From assembly GCA_020137815.1 (NCBI GenBank), contig CM035358.1, forward strand, positions 7,130,001 to 7,194,000: a stretch of DNA of 64,000 nucleotides. Reading direction: 5' to 3'. A program made the translations under genes and the position numbers. The notes under the pieces were generated by a model that ran no database searches, was not told the origin of the DNA, and worked only from the letters and a program-made list of their open reading frames with translations. Positions 33,953 to 47,690 of the stretch are shown in pieces (within the stretch, counting starts at the first letter, position 1; each line of letters begins with the position of its first letter). This DNA is from Hormiphora californensis. Taxonomy: Eukaryota > Animalia > Ctenophora.

Positions 33953-36900
33953 TGTGGGGTGACATCCTGGTCACAGCACCATTTGTGGGTGACATCCTGG
34001 TCACAGCACCATTTGTGAGTGACATCCTCTGTAGAGCCTATCTGTAACCTTTGACCTTCTCCCGTGGTCCCAGGCTCACACAGCACACTACCGTGTCACT
34101 GCACCTCATGTGTGTTATACCCAACACCACATATCAACTCAAGTCCAGGCTGTATCGGCTGTATCGTATAGTCCATATCCTCCAAGTCCTAACCGGTATT
34201 CCCATAGTGGCAGAACAAAGTTCCAAACAAGTTGACTGTTTTGTGGGTAAAGATAAAAGAAGGGAAAGAACAGATCAACTTCCTCACGTCACACTATCAC
34301 TTGCACAACCAGATATTCAGTACAAGGGGGAAGATACCGGGAGAGCTAGCTCTGACCATGAACTCCATATGGCGCTCCAGAGTGCTCTAACAATCACAAT
34401 CATCTCGCAGCTTAAATACTCAACCACAATGGCTTCGCATTCAGACTCCGAGGTACTGCAAGCCCGATAACCACCAACTTGCACCAAACATGCTGATATC
34501 TCACACCTCGCTATCACTATCACAATCATACAAATGCAACTCACAATCTCATGCACTAAATAATAAACAAACGGACAAACATACTCATACGGCAACAATC
34601 ACACAGTTCACACATTCACTCACACTGCAATCACACATGACACACTAGGACTGACATACTCAGGTCCTACACCCGCCCCTTCCTCAGAGGAAAGCGGTGC
34701 TATCACATACTCGCACTCACATCTCACACTCACTGTGCATCACACTGCATCACACTCAAGATCACACCACACTGAATCACACTCAAGCTCACATCACTAT
34801 CACACTGCAACACACTCAAGCTCACATCACTATCACACTGCAACACACTGTTCGTTCCAGAATAAAAACCAAATGTCTGTTTCTCTCGCTATCATCATAG
34901 TGTCTCTGACAGTCCGGGATAACATATGTACAGGATCACTCCAGGTCACACCAGAAAACTCCAGGTTACACCGGAACAGTCCAGGTTACACCAGAACCAG
35001 CCAGGTCTCTCCAGAAAACTCCAGGTCACACCAGAACAGTCCAGGTCACACCAGAACCAGCCAGGTCACGCCAGAAAACTCCAGGTCACACCAGAACAGT
35101 CCAGGTCACACCAGAACCAGCCAGGTCACGCCAGAAAACTCCAGGTCACACCAGAACAGTCCAGGTCACACCAGAACCAGCCAGGTCACGCCAGAAAACT
35201 CCAGGTCACACCAGAACAGTCCAGGTTACACCAGAACCAGTCAGGTCTCTCCAGAATACTCCAGGTCACACCAGAACAGTCCAGGTTACACCAGAACCAG
35301 CCAGGTCACGCCAGAAAACTCCAGGTCACACCAGAACAGTCCAGGTTACACCAGAATAGTCACTGGTACTCAGAAAGCAGAAACCTAAAACAGAGTTAAA
35401 CCTCTCTCTTGAGAGAAACATTAAAAAGCTTAAAATAAATCGAAATAAACGTGCTGCTAAAATCAAATATTAATGCTCAGAATCATTTGCTCATATCACA
35501 CAATCACACATGAGAATCAAATGACAATCAGACTAAATCATAATGACTGGAACTTATCTAGAAACTAAGTCAGGAATCAAACAGACTATGACTTCAAACT
35601 AAAATGCTTTCAAAAATGACTAATTACCAAGTGCTCTTGCTACAAAGGTGACACTAAATATACCTTTCTTTTCAACAAGCTAATAAGATAACAGGTATTC
35701 AATCTAAGGAAAGTCGTCAATAAATACTGGGGAACTGAGAGAACTAACCTTGTAAAATCAAAATCTTAATCATGATAAAATCAAAATACACGTGCTCATG
35801 ATGCACTTGCTAAAATCAAAAATCAGCTTCTTCAATCTTCATAATCAATAGCAAAGATAAACAAGCGTACAAAATAAGTTCAATAAGCTAACCGTCAGAC
35901 TAAAGCCAAGAATACTTTAAAATACGACGAATAGAAAGATAATAAGAATCTAAACAAAGACATCGAAACTAAATCAAAATGTAGAACTAAAGCTATTCTA
36001 ATTCTAACCAAAACTATAAAATAAAAGTCAAACGTGTGCATCAAGCACATCCCGCCCCTCAGACAGTAATTATAGGGGGTTTGCCTGTATCAGCATGCTG
36101 CTAAAACGACTCTGTCGTGTCCAATTTCGCATATTACAGGTCTTCTGTTTGTGCGATTCGCAGTCCAATTCTAACTTCCTCTTCTTTCTTTCATCACAAT
36201 CATAGCTCTTCTGTTGCCAAGTGCCTCCTGTGCCATACACATTATTCAAATTTCCTCATTTTCTCCTCTTCTTTATCTCATCATCATCTGCCAATGCCGT
36301 TGCCAAGTGCCTCCTGTGCTATACACATTATTCAAATTATCCGTTCTCTTTCCAAGGGGAGCCATTTTATTTCGATTTAAATAAATGGTTGGGCGGTTAA
36401 ATTGCCACAAAACTCCAGAAAAGCCTGCATTTAGGCATCTTCAGGTAGATTACTTTGATATGCAGGTCTCAGCAATCCGACCCTTCGAGTGACCTTCATT
36501 TCAGGAGCTCCGCGTCACTCCCAACCAAACCGGTACTTGTAACTGGGACAGTGGGACCATTAATATAATTATCAGAATTCAGAAAATCTTCATCCAAGTC
36601 ATGGGTCCACCCATTAAGTCGGCCGAACATGAAAGTGGTCATAACTGGAATCCAATTCCGATTCTCTCAGTCTGAGGCAATCGCTCTTCTCAGGGGCGTC
36701 TTACTACCGCACCCTACAAGCATCAACCAATACTTGCAACTGACTTTCAAACACACGTTATTTTTATTAAGAAAACATATCCGGCTAGCATCCATAGCTT
36801 TATCCATTATCATTTCAATATCTGTCCCAGTCTGAGGCAATCTCCTCTCAGGAGCGTCTTACACTGCACTCTACAAGCACGGCCCGTGCGCACGGCTTAT

Positions 36901-38965
36901 TCAATATTCCACTGACTTCGTATCATCACATTTCTTGATCCGCATCCCCATCAATAATCCCATTATTTCAAACACAACGTAAACAACACGTTAGTAGCGC
37001 TGTGTATTCTCTTCTGGCACTTCTTCTTCTTCTGGCGCTTCCTCTGGCACTGCTTCTGTTGGCAAATCAATCATCTGCATGCTGCAGGCATCTTCTCACT
37101 GTAGGCAAGCACTCACTACAGGTGTCTTCTCACTGCAGGCATCTTCTACTGCAGGCACGGCATTTCATCGCTTGGAAATTCTCACTGCAGGCATCTTCCA
37201 TTGCTTCTCCTCACTGTAGGCAAACACTCACTACAGGTATTTTCTCACTGCAGGCATCTCCCACTGCAGGCTTCTCCGTATATCGGAGGGTTAGATATTG
37301 GACTGCTGTGTCCATGGGAACCAGTGTCTCCTCGATATACCCCAGAACCAAGATAAAACTAAATGCAAATCAAATACTAAACTAAACCTAATCTAAGAAA
37401 ATCAATTACGCAAAGAATAATCTAAATCTCCATTAGGGAAAGAAGCAAGTAACACACTAAATCAAAAGCACGTTACTGAGTAGTACTCCTACTATCAAAG
37501 AGGGTACACATAACCATGATCTGATAGCATGTTATGTACATGTCACGGTTTTACTGCTTCCTCAGGCCAACGTTCATCAACGTATCATCCAACGTTTGCA
37601 TAATATGTAACGTGGGCATGTAAAAATAATATCCTCTTCTCAGCTTTCTGCAGACAAACCTCAGTTTGTGGCTCAAGCATCAAAATCCTATCAGAACTCC
37701 TGTCTGAGTCTCCTTCTGCAAACAAGTATCAACTTGTGGCTCAGGTATTGACTTCCTCATCAAGACTCCCAGTGGGGATATCCGAGTCTTCCCAGCATCG
37801 TCAAAACATGCATGCCATTCTGCATACAAACAAAAGTTTGTGGCTCAGGCAGCAGAGTCTTCAACAGACTGCAGTTGTTCCCCTTATAAACATCAATTCC
37901 TCAGTGACCTCCAACGTTTTCCATATTCAACGTGGGCAAGAACAATTGTCACTATAATTATCACTCTTCAATATCCAAGTTCTCGACACCCTAACCGCGG
38001 TGAAGTATTTAAACCATTTAGTTTTCAACGCTTAGGCAACGCCTAGCAAAATATCCCAACCTCCCTTTCCATTTCGACATGGTACGATTAACAGCTCGGG
38101 GCGATCTTATTCTGCCCTGCAAGTGTTCCTTCCATACACTGCAACAATCCACTGCCCAGCTCTCGGGTGCTTCTTGATGTTGTACTCCGTGACAGTACAA
38201 GATGGGTTAATGGCCCAGGTCCTCCTATCCTGGTTACAGCACCATTTGTGGGGTGACATCCTGGTCACAGCACCATTTGTGGGTGACATCCTGGTCACAG
38301 CACCATTTGTGAGTGACATCCTCTGTAGAGCCTATCTGTAACCTTTGACCTTCTCCCGTGGTCCCAGGCTCACACAGCACACTACCGTGTCACTGCACCT
38401 CATGTGTGTTATACCCAACACCACATATCAACTCAAGTCCAGGCTGTATCGGCTGTATCGTATAGTCCATATCCTCCAAGTCCTAACCGGTATTCCCATA
38501 GTGGCAGAACAAAGTTCCAAACAAGTTGACTGTTTTGTGGGTAAAGATAAAAGAAGGGAAAGAACAGATCAACTTCCTCACGTCACACTATCACTTGCAC
38601 AACCAGATATTCAGTACAAGGGGGAAGATACCGGGAGAGCTAGCTCTGACCATGAACTCCATATGGCGCTCCAGAGTGCTCTAACAATCACAATCATCTC
38701 GCAGCTTAAATACTCAACCACAATGGCTTCGCATTCAGACTCCGAGGTACTGCAAGCCCGATAACCACCAACTTGCACCAAACATGCTGATATCTCACAC
38801 CTCGCTATCACTATCACAATCATACAAATGCAACTCACAATCTCATGCGCTAAATAATAAACAAACGGACAAACATACTCATACGGCAACAATCACACAG
38901 TTCACACATTCACTCACACTGCAATCACACATGACACACTAGGACTGACATACTCAGGTCCTACA
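33953..38965 (-). mobile_element. Non-autonomous LTR retrotransposon (5.0 kb) with 719-bp LTRs at 33953-34671 and 38247-38965
   Basis: TG…CA ends and 4-bp TSD tgag. PBS tggtgctgtaaccaggat follows the 5' LTR on the minus strand; PPT gaggaaggggcggg precedes the 3' LTR. LTRs are near-identical and no gag/pol ORF remains. Confidence 0.92.
34938..35358. repeat. 20-bp minisatellite with 60-bp higher-order period inside the LTR element
   Basis: ctccaggtcacaccagaaca / gtccaggtcacaccagaacc / agccaggtcacgccagaaaa cycles. Confidence 0.9.
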
Positions 38966-39345
38966 TGAGTGCACGCGAAATTTCAAAAAAACGAATTTTT
39001 TTCTTTTTTTTTCAGTTTTTCTTTTTTTTCTTTTTCATTTTTTCTTTTTTTTCAATTTTTCTTTATTTTCTTTTTCATTTTTTCTTTTTTTGTTAAAAAA
39101 TTCATCGTGCACTCATGCACCGCCGTACGCTCCAGTTGCAGATTGGAGGCTGGCTCCAGTTTCTGGCGCCAGCCTCCAGTCTGCAACTGGCGCAAGCTGG
39201 GAGAGTCCCTGTGCGCACCAAATCTTCGTTGACTAGCAGGGTTTTCGATGTGAATTGCATGTAAAGTAGCGCGCGCGGCAGTGTCAGCAGTGTCAGCAGG
39301 GGCCTGCTTCATTGTAACTAACGTCAGTCGCAAAATCTCTAACTG

Positions 39346-39556
39346 GACTTGTTATAGACACTGGGCGATAGTTCACAGGTTTCGATTTAGCCCCCTTCTT
39401 GAATAATGGTGTTATGAACTGTTGCTTTAAGCAACTAGGGACAGATCCGTCTTCAAATGACCTGTTCCACAACATCCAAATCGGGTATGCCAGGCTACTG
39501 CTGCACTGTTTCAGAACAAAAGAAGGAATGCAGTCAGGAGGGGATGCTGAGTGTGT
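39346..39556 (-). pseudogene. LINE RT fragment
   Basis: …ITPLFKKGAKSKPVNYRPVSITS. Confidence 0.75.
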
Positions 39557-40952
39557 CCAAACTACAAAACAGAAAGTTCTAATTTTTTGAACATACCGAG
39601 GAAATTGTCTGAACTACCATTACATACCGGAATTTTTCGATATTTTGGCCATTAACACTGTTTTTGTTTTTGGAAAACTATGAAGATGCTGGAATTTGGC
39701 TACAAAAACCTTCAGAAATGTGCAAAATGCCATTCCAAAGGTATTAGAGGTGGATTCATTGATAACTAAGCTATAGTCGAGTCAGAAAAAATTCCACAAG
39801 ATTGGAATTTTATGCCCATATAAGGAGCTATGCGACACACCTCTGTTGTTAAACATGTGGTGTAATCGCTACCGGTCGTTACTTTCTGTAGAATTCAGGT
39901 CCTGGTTACTATACAAACTAGTACCATACGTTTTAGATAGGTTTTAGACAAGTTTTCGATAACTTTTTATGAGAAGGTCCCGTAAATTTTCATTTTTAGG
40001 TAGGCGGTATTGTCACCCCTATATGCAATAATAGGGGTGACTTCGTAACCAAACAAGAATTATTATTGCATTATGTTTCATAATGCTGTGTTTCCCTGCC
40101 AACGAATACTCAAACCGATCACATTCACTGATAAGCGATCTGCGATGAGATCTCTTAAGCGCCGCCCACACTAATTAGATGATACCATGCAATGTGATCT
40201 GATCGTCGTCGCCAACGCCTAATTACAATGTTATGTGACACTAAGCTATGCATGGGAACTTCTCACGTTCCGTCAGTCACCATACTAACGAGCTGAGCTT
40301 TTAATTTCGATCAGATTGATTAAGAAGTTAAATCCATTCGAGCGCTAGTAGCGGCGCCATGCTGTAACGCGCGAGGTGTGTATACATACGCTGCATTGAG
40401 AGCGCCGCGCGCAGCAAATCTTGAGCGCGCGCCACCGAAATCCGTAGTGTAATAACTTTGCGGACGACGCTTTCAAAACGGATCGGTTGTTATGTGCGCG
40501 GCGCCGTAACGGTGGACAGACGGACGGACGGACATTTTAGTTAACTACACGATCTGCTGATTTCTAAACCCTTTATGATCTTTTTAGCACGTGCGTGCTA
40601 AAAACATCATCCCGGGTGATTGCCTTCGGCAATCACCCGGGCAGGGAAAAAATGACCGCGCATGTGAAATTTATCAATTTTGACGCGCACACCACACGTA
40701 AAAACACACGCAAAAACATTCCGCGCACGAAAAGGGGGGTGACAGTTTCAAAAAATCCGACTTTAGACCTTCTCCAGGCCACGGCTACGTGTCCAGACCT
40801 TGTGCTGACCTTGTGCTAGACCTCGTGCTTGATCTCGTGCTTGATCTCGTGCTTGACCTCTCTCTCTGTCTCTCTCTCTCTCTCTGTCTCTCTCTGTCTC
40901 TGTCTCTCTCTCTCTCTCCCTCTTTCTCCCTCTGTCACTCTCTCTCCCTCTC

Positions 40953-40989
<37 letters not shown>

Positions 40990-40993
<4 letters not shown>

Positions 40994-42690
40994 TCACAGA
41001 GGATGAATCTCCCAACATTAAGAGACTAGCTACGATTGAGATCAGCGCAGAACTCATCTCACGTGCCATAAAGGAAGCCCCAGCTAATGCTGCACCAGGC
41101 CCTGACAAATTCCCGGTGTCTATACTGAAAGAGTGCAGCACAATCTTAGCCCCAATCATGGCTGAGTTATGGAAATCTTCGATGAATTCTGGTGACATAG
41201 CTGACATTTTCAAACAGCAGAGCATCATCCCTATCTTCAAAAAGAATGACCGTGGATGTGCTGCAAACTACAGACCTGTCTCCCTCACCAGCAATCTGGC
41301 CAAGACATTTGAAAGGGTGATCCGGACGCAGATGACTGACTTCCTTGAACAGAATGAATTCTTTCATCCTGATCAGCACGGAAGCCGATCTGGCCGCTCA
41401 TGTTTCAGCCAGTTAATTCATCATATCGATGACGTGCTGAACGACTTAGCAAATGGATCAAATGTTGACACACTATACATTGACATGAGCAAGGCTTATG
41501 ATAAAGTCAGTCATAGACGACTATTAGAGAAACTAAGAGCTGCTGGAATTGATGGCCATCTCTTAAACTGGATTGAACAATTCCTGACTGGGCGGACGCA
41601 AACAGTCATTGTTGAGGGTACTAAGTCTTACCCAACTGCTGTCCTCTCAGGTGTGCCCCAAGGCACAGTGCTAGCAAGCCTGTTATTCTTGGTTTATATG
41701 AATGATCTACCTGCGTTCATCAAACACTGTAAAGTTAAGATGTTTGTGGACGATGCAAAACTTCAGAAACCAATTAATATTCAAGAAGACCGTGATCTTC
41801 TCCTTGACGATCTCCATAATGTTAAAGAATGGGCAAATGTCAACCAAATGGAGCTTAATGAGGAAAAATTCCAACTCCTACAACACGGTGCAAATGGAGA
41901 ACTTAAACAGCCCTATGATACTGAAAACGGTATTAAAATCTCTGGAGACGATACTGTCCGAGACTTGGGCGTACTGATTGATCCGGGTCTATCGTGGAAA
42001 GCTCACATAGCCGAGATCACTCGCAAAGCAAGCACCATGGCATCATGGATCCTGAGAACTTTCAGGACCCGAGAAAAAGGCCACCTGCTACAGCTTTACA
42101 AAGCCTATGTACTGCCACATCTGGAGTACTGTTCGGCCCTGTGGTGCCCTTATGAGATTGGACAGATTGAGAAAATCGAAGCTGTGCAAAGATCATTCAC
42201 CGCCCAAATACATGGGTGTAAGGAAATGGGCTATTGGGAAAGACTGGCTCACCTCGATCTCTACTCTCTCCAGAGACGACGAGAACGATTCAAAATTCTG
42301 GCTATATGGAAAATCCAGAATGGTTTAGTACCCAACCACTACAATATTGTGTTTCGTAACTCCCTGAGACATGGGCCAACGGCTGAGAGACCCATTGGCA
42401 AGTCTTCACGCAAAGGGGTGAACACAGCAATCTTTAATGGATTCACCTCCTCTGCCATAGGACTGTATAACTCGATACCATCACCGGTAAAGAATATGGA
42501 AACCTTTGAAGGAGCAAAATCCGCTCTAGATAAACATCTATCTAGAATACCTGACCAGCCCCCAACGAAGGGGTATCCCCGCCAGAATAATAACGGCATA
42601 CTGGATTGGTCCAATGGCTCGTATATGAAATACAGTGACCAAGCGGAGTAACTTCTACTCTCCGCTGAACCTCCTCCGAGGTACTCCGAG

Positions 42691-42693
<3 letters not shown>
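40990..42693 (+). mobile_element. 5'-truncated CR1-group LINE (RT ORF to 42651) embedded in (CT)n
   Basis: NYRPVSLTS, DMSKAYD, GVPQGTVL and FVDD motifs; 3' tandem (ctccgaggta)2; CT repeats on both sides. Confidence 0.92.
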
Positions 42694-43949
<1,256 letters not shown>

Positions 43950-44719
43950 AGATGACCTGTAACAGTACGGGTATAGGGAAAAGTGGAAGGAGAAGGGTAT
44001 GGATATATTGTATGAATATTTTATGGATGAAAGCAGTGGGTGGCTTGGCTGTTCGTGCCGGAGGGAGGGTGGCTGTTCTTCCTGGTCTTAAAACCACACA
44101 TCAGGAATTTTGGGTTGTGATAACCATAACCATATAACCTGGTGGCAGGAAGAGTGGCGGGCGACGGGCGTGGTTATGTCTGCCAATGTAAACGGATTAC
44201 CCGGGACCGACCGAAACAACAACCGATCAGAACTCGTTATTTAGGTCATGTGACAGGTTATCAGCCAATCAGGGACCAGTATTTCCTGATTCGGTCGGTT
44301 CCTGTGGATAACATTGGATACTTGTTTGCCAGGAAATTCTATAGAAGTCGGAGTTCTGATGCGTTGAGGTCTTGCCTAGCTAGACTGTGTTTCGTGAACA
44401 TAACGATCTTATGCGTTGAGGTCACGGAGGGCTGATGATATATCTGATCTATAGATTACCCGCATGTAAATTATATTTCCTAAAACACGGATAAATTTGA
44501 CCCACCCTAGGCGATGTCATAAAGTTGGGATGGGCGTATTACTGTCAACAGTGCTCCGCCCAGTACTCAGCCCCCAGATTTTAATAGTGATCTACCCGCC
44601 CCTGGTATAACAGCGCCCATATTTAGACAGTGATCTACCCATCCAGTATAGTGATCAGAGATCTTCTTCTTGTTGTATTTTGTCGGTTCAGTGTGTAGTA
44701 GATCCTGTTTTACATTGTA

Positions 44720-45496
44720 ATGATGATCAAGTGGTGTTTGGTGTTCATAGTAGCGATTGTAGCTACTAAAGGTAACCTGTTCGATGACTTGAGCTCGTGG
44801 TGGGAGAATCTGATAAACAAATCGCAGTGCGACTATGTCAGGTATGTAATTGAGCTCTATATTGGTCATACTTTAGCACAGTGCTCTGTTGTTAAAATTT
44901 TAGCACAGACTCAGTGTGGGGAAACTCTAACTGAATGGCATCCCATTAATGGGATCCCATCAGCAGTACAACTCTAACTGATAATGAACCACAGTGATGG
45001 TTCTTTCTCTGTATTCTCTCTGTGTGCGCGCCCAATCAATCAATGCCCGGGCATGCCCAATGTACTGCTACAGAGAGAATACAGAGAAAGAACCATCACT
45101 GTGGTTCATTATCAGTTAGAGTTGTACTGCTGATGGGATCCCATTAATGGGATGCCATTCAGTTAGAGTTTCCCCTATCAGAGGACCCAACTCCCAAGTA
45201 TTGTAGTTTAAACTGAATACTGATAATCACTTAATTCCCTATTATTATGCAGAGACTTCGAGGACATTGAAAAACTACCGCTAAAGGACCGTCTCATTGT
45301 CCCACTTTTTCGTATCGGCCTGATCCATAGTATCTGTGAGGACATTGGAGTTCGTGACACCGTCATAGTGATCTATGTGGGGATAGCTGTTATTATCCTC
45401 CTTGGTATCAGTTTCGTGGCTGGTATCTGTCGGTATTGTTATTCAACTAGAGTTAGAATATATATACAAGAGAGATACGAATTGAGACGGATATAA
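44720..45496 (+). CDS. Small single-pass membrane protein, ~121 aa (signal peptide, short ectodomain, TM); exons 44720-44841 and 45253-45496
   Basis: MMIKWCLVFIVAIVATKG signal; phase-2 GT-AG intron; TM VIVIYVGIAVIILLGISFVAGIC followed by a basic tail; paralog at 47350. Confidence 0.7.
44918..45175. mobile_element. Palindromic MITE (~105-bp perfect IR) in the intron
   Basis: ggggaaactctaactgaatgg…ccattcagttagagtttcccc; absent from the paralogous intron at ~47580. Confidence 0.85.
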
Positions 45497-45779
45497 ATAA
45501 CATGAGGAAGGTGACATAAAAAGAGTGACAAAGAGGACCGCATTTTTCGATATATATTTTTTGATATCCTCTAAATACCACGGCCATTGACATGTGGGAA
45601 CATCCACCTATGGGGTTCGGAAAATCATGAACCAATTTTCTAATATACACTAAATGATTAGATATGTAATATTTGAGGTTCGTTGAAAAAGTAATTTGAA
45701 CTGATGAGTCTAGATACGACGAAGCCTTTGTTTATCTTTTCCTCTCTTAAGGTAATTTAAAGTTTATACTTGTATGAGA

Positions 45780-46342
45780 GTTCAACCTGTCCTAAGTTAA
45801 AACTTGATTCAGACTCCCAATATGATACCTAATTCAGGATACAATTGAAGATACCTAAATAACATAAAAGGCTACCTAATAGACTACTAAAGAGGTACAC
45901 AAACAGCTTAATTTCAGACCTGCCCTAAATTAGACTCCCTACATTCACCTCCCTAACAAACCGTCCTAAGTTCAAACCTGTAAAGTTCGACCCCTAAATA
46001 ACCTACCTAATGGTAACCCAAATCAGAACCCTAAATGATACCTAAATTCAGATACCCTAAACAGACTAAAATTCAGATGACTTAATTTCAGACTCTTGGT
46101 CGTAAATTCAAGATTACATAATTGCAGCCCTGCCTAAATTCGTGTAATTCGACGAAATAACCTGTTATTTCGACCTGCCTAAATTTTTCGATCTCCCTTA
46201 AACAAACCCATTATTCAGACTACGCTAATTTCAGAACCTGTCCTAAAGTTCAGACCTGCCCTGAATTCAGACCTGCCCTAAATTCAGACCTACCCTAAAT
46301 TCAGACCTACCCTAAATTCAGACCTGCCCTAATTTCAGACTT
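45780..46342. repeat. Degenerate ~18-bp tandem repeat (ttcagacctgccctaaa)
   Basis: Clean units at 46250-46340 that decay upstream. Confidence 0.75.
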
Positions 46343-46427
46343 TTGACGGGCCATGTGAATCCGTAAACACTACCCGTCAAAAGTTACCCCCCCCCCATTA
46401 TTCTCGGCGAGCTGGAGCTCTGGAGCT

Positions 46428-47086
46428 TTGGTGACATAGACACCTAGCGCCACCCCCCCCCCCGCACACAGGTGTCGGCTCCCCCCCCCCCTAAAAAAAG
46501 GGTTGTGTCTTTCAAGAGATCTTGCACGTGATCCACTGGACCGATTTACATCCCGCTTGTTTCATGAGACTGCAAATTGGTCCTACTTTACTGGAAAATA
46601 CCCGAGAAGTTTGTCTGTCAACAGGAGGTGAGTCAAAATTGATACTGAAGTCAAATCTATAATCTGGCTTCCGAGAGTTTTTGTACCACTCCCAGGCGGT
46701 TTAGACTGAGTCTGACGATATTGGGAGATAGATTGAGGCCATTTGAGTAATGGAAAATACCCGGCATTAATAGCTGATGCTAATTGCATCAACATATCTC
46801 CCAATATCTTCTCTACCGCATGGGCGTAGTGCAGAAACTCTCGGAAGTCAGATTATAGATTTGACTTCAGTGTCAATTTTGACCCGCTTCCTGTTGACAG
46901 ACAAAATTGTCGGGTATTTTCCAGTATAGTAAGATCAATTTGTAGTCTTTTGCGACAAACTGGATGCAAATCGGTCCAGTGGATCACGTGCAACATCCCT
47001 TGAAAGAAACGACCCTTTTTGGGGCGGAGACGTCACCTGTGTCCGGGGGGGGGGGGGGGGGTCGCGCCAGGTGTCTATGTCACCAA
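46428..47086. mobile_element. MITE with long imperfect inverted repeats (ttggtgacatagacacct…aggtgtctatgtcaccaa)
   Basis: The IR extends ~250 bp inward. Confidence 0.75.
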
Positions 47087-47349
47087 GACCTTGCTGTTAT
47101 TACTACAGAGCTGGACCTGAGATGGACCTTACAACTGTCAACTAGAGCAGAAGTTTATCATGAAGAAGGACCCATATTTTAACAGTGCTCAGCCTGCCCA
47201 GTATCTCACTTTAGCAAGCATTATAACAAGCATATCATACACGTGTAGCACGGGTCGAAGGAAGTTAATTTCAAACACTCAGAGATCTCCTTGTATAATT
47301 TGTTGTTCAGCAGAAGAGCCTTGTTTACAGTAAATCCTTCTTTGTTGTA

Positions 47350-47690
47350 ATGATGATCAAGTGGTGTTTGGTGTTCGTGGTAGCGATTGTAGCTACTAAA
47401 GGTGACCTGTTCGATGACCTGTATAATCAGGTCTCCACAGACCTGGGGTTGGGCTCCAGTTTCCTTGAGAGTGTGGCTAACAAAGTGCAATGCACCATGG
47501 TCAAGTATGTAATTTTGTGAGCTCTATATTGTACATACTTAAGTGCAGATCTCTGAACTTGTTAGAACTTTAGCACAGACTCAAGACGACCCAAGTAATT
47601 GAAAAAAGAAAAAAGAAAAAAAGAAAGTTATATTGTGAATACTGATAAATGATAATCACCTAATTCCCTATTATTATACAGATACCCCCT
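47350..47690 (+). pseudogene. Paralog of the 44720 membrane protein; exon 1 (47350-47504) intact, exon 2 disrupted by a transposon at ~47690
   Basis: MMIKWCLVFVVAIVATKGDLFDDL…QCTMVK|gtatgt; the homologous intron and acceptor are followed immediately by a ggggtaaaatggcaca TIR-like repeat. Confidence 0.6.

Noticed and set aside
34051-34470. 139-aa ORF duplicated at 38345, and the 84-96-aa ORF pair at 5373/9135
   Set aside because: The duplication is explained by the LTRs and TIRs; TTG start or no domain, and no coding evidence.
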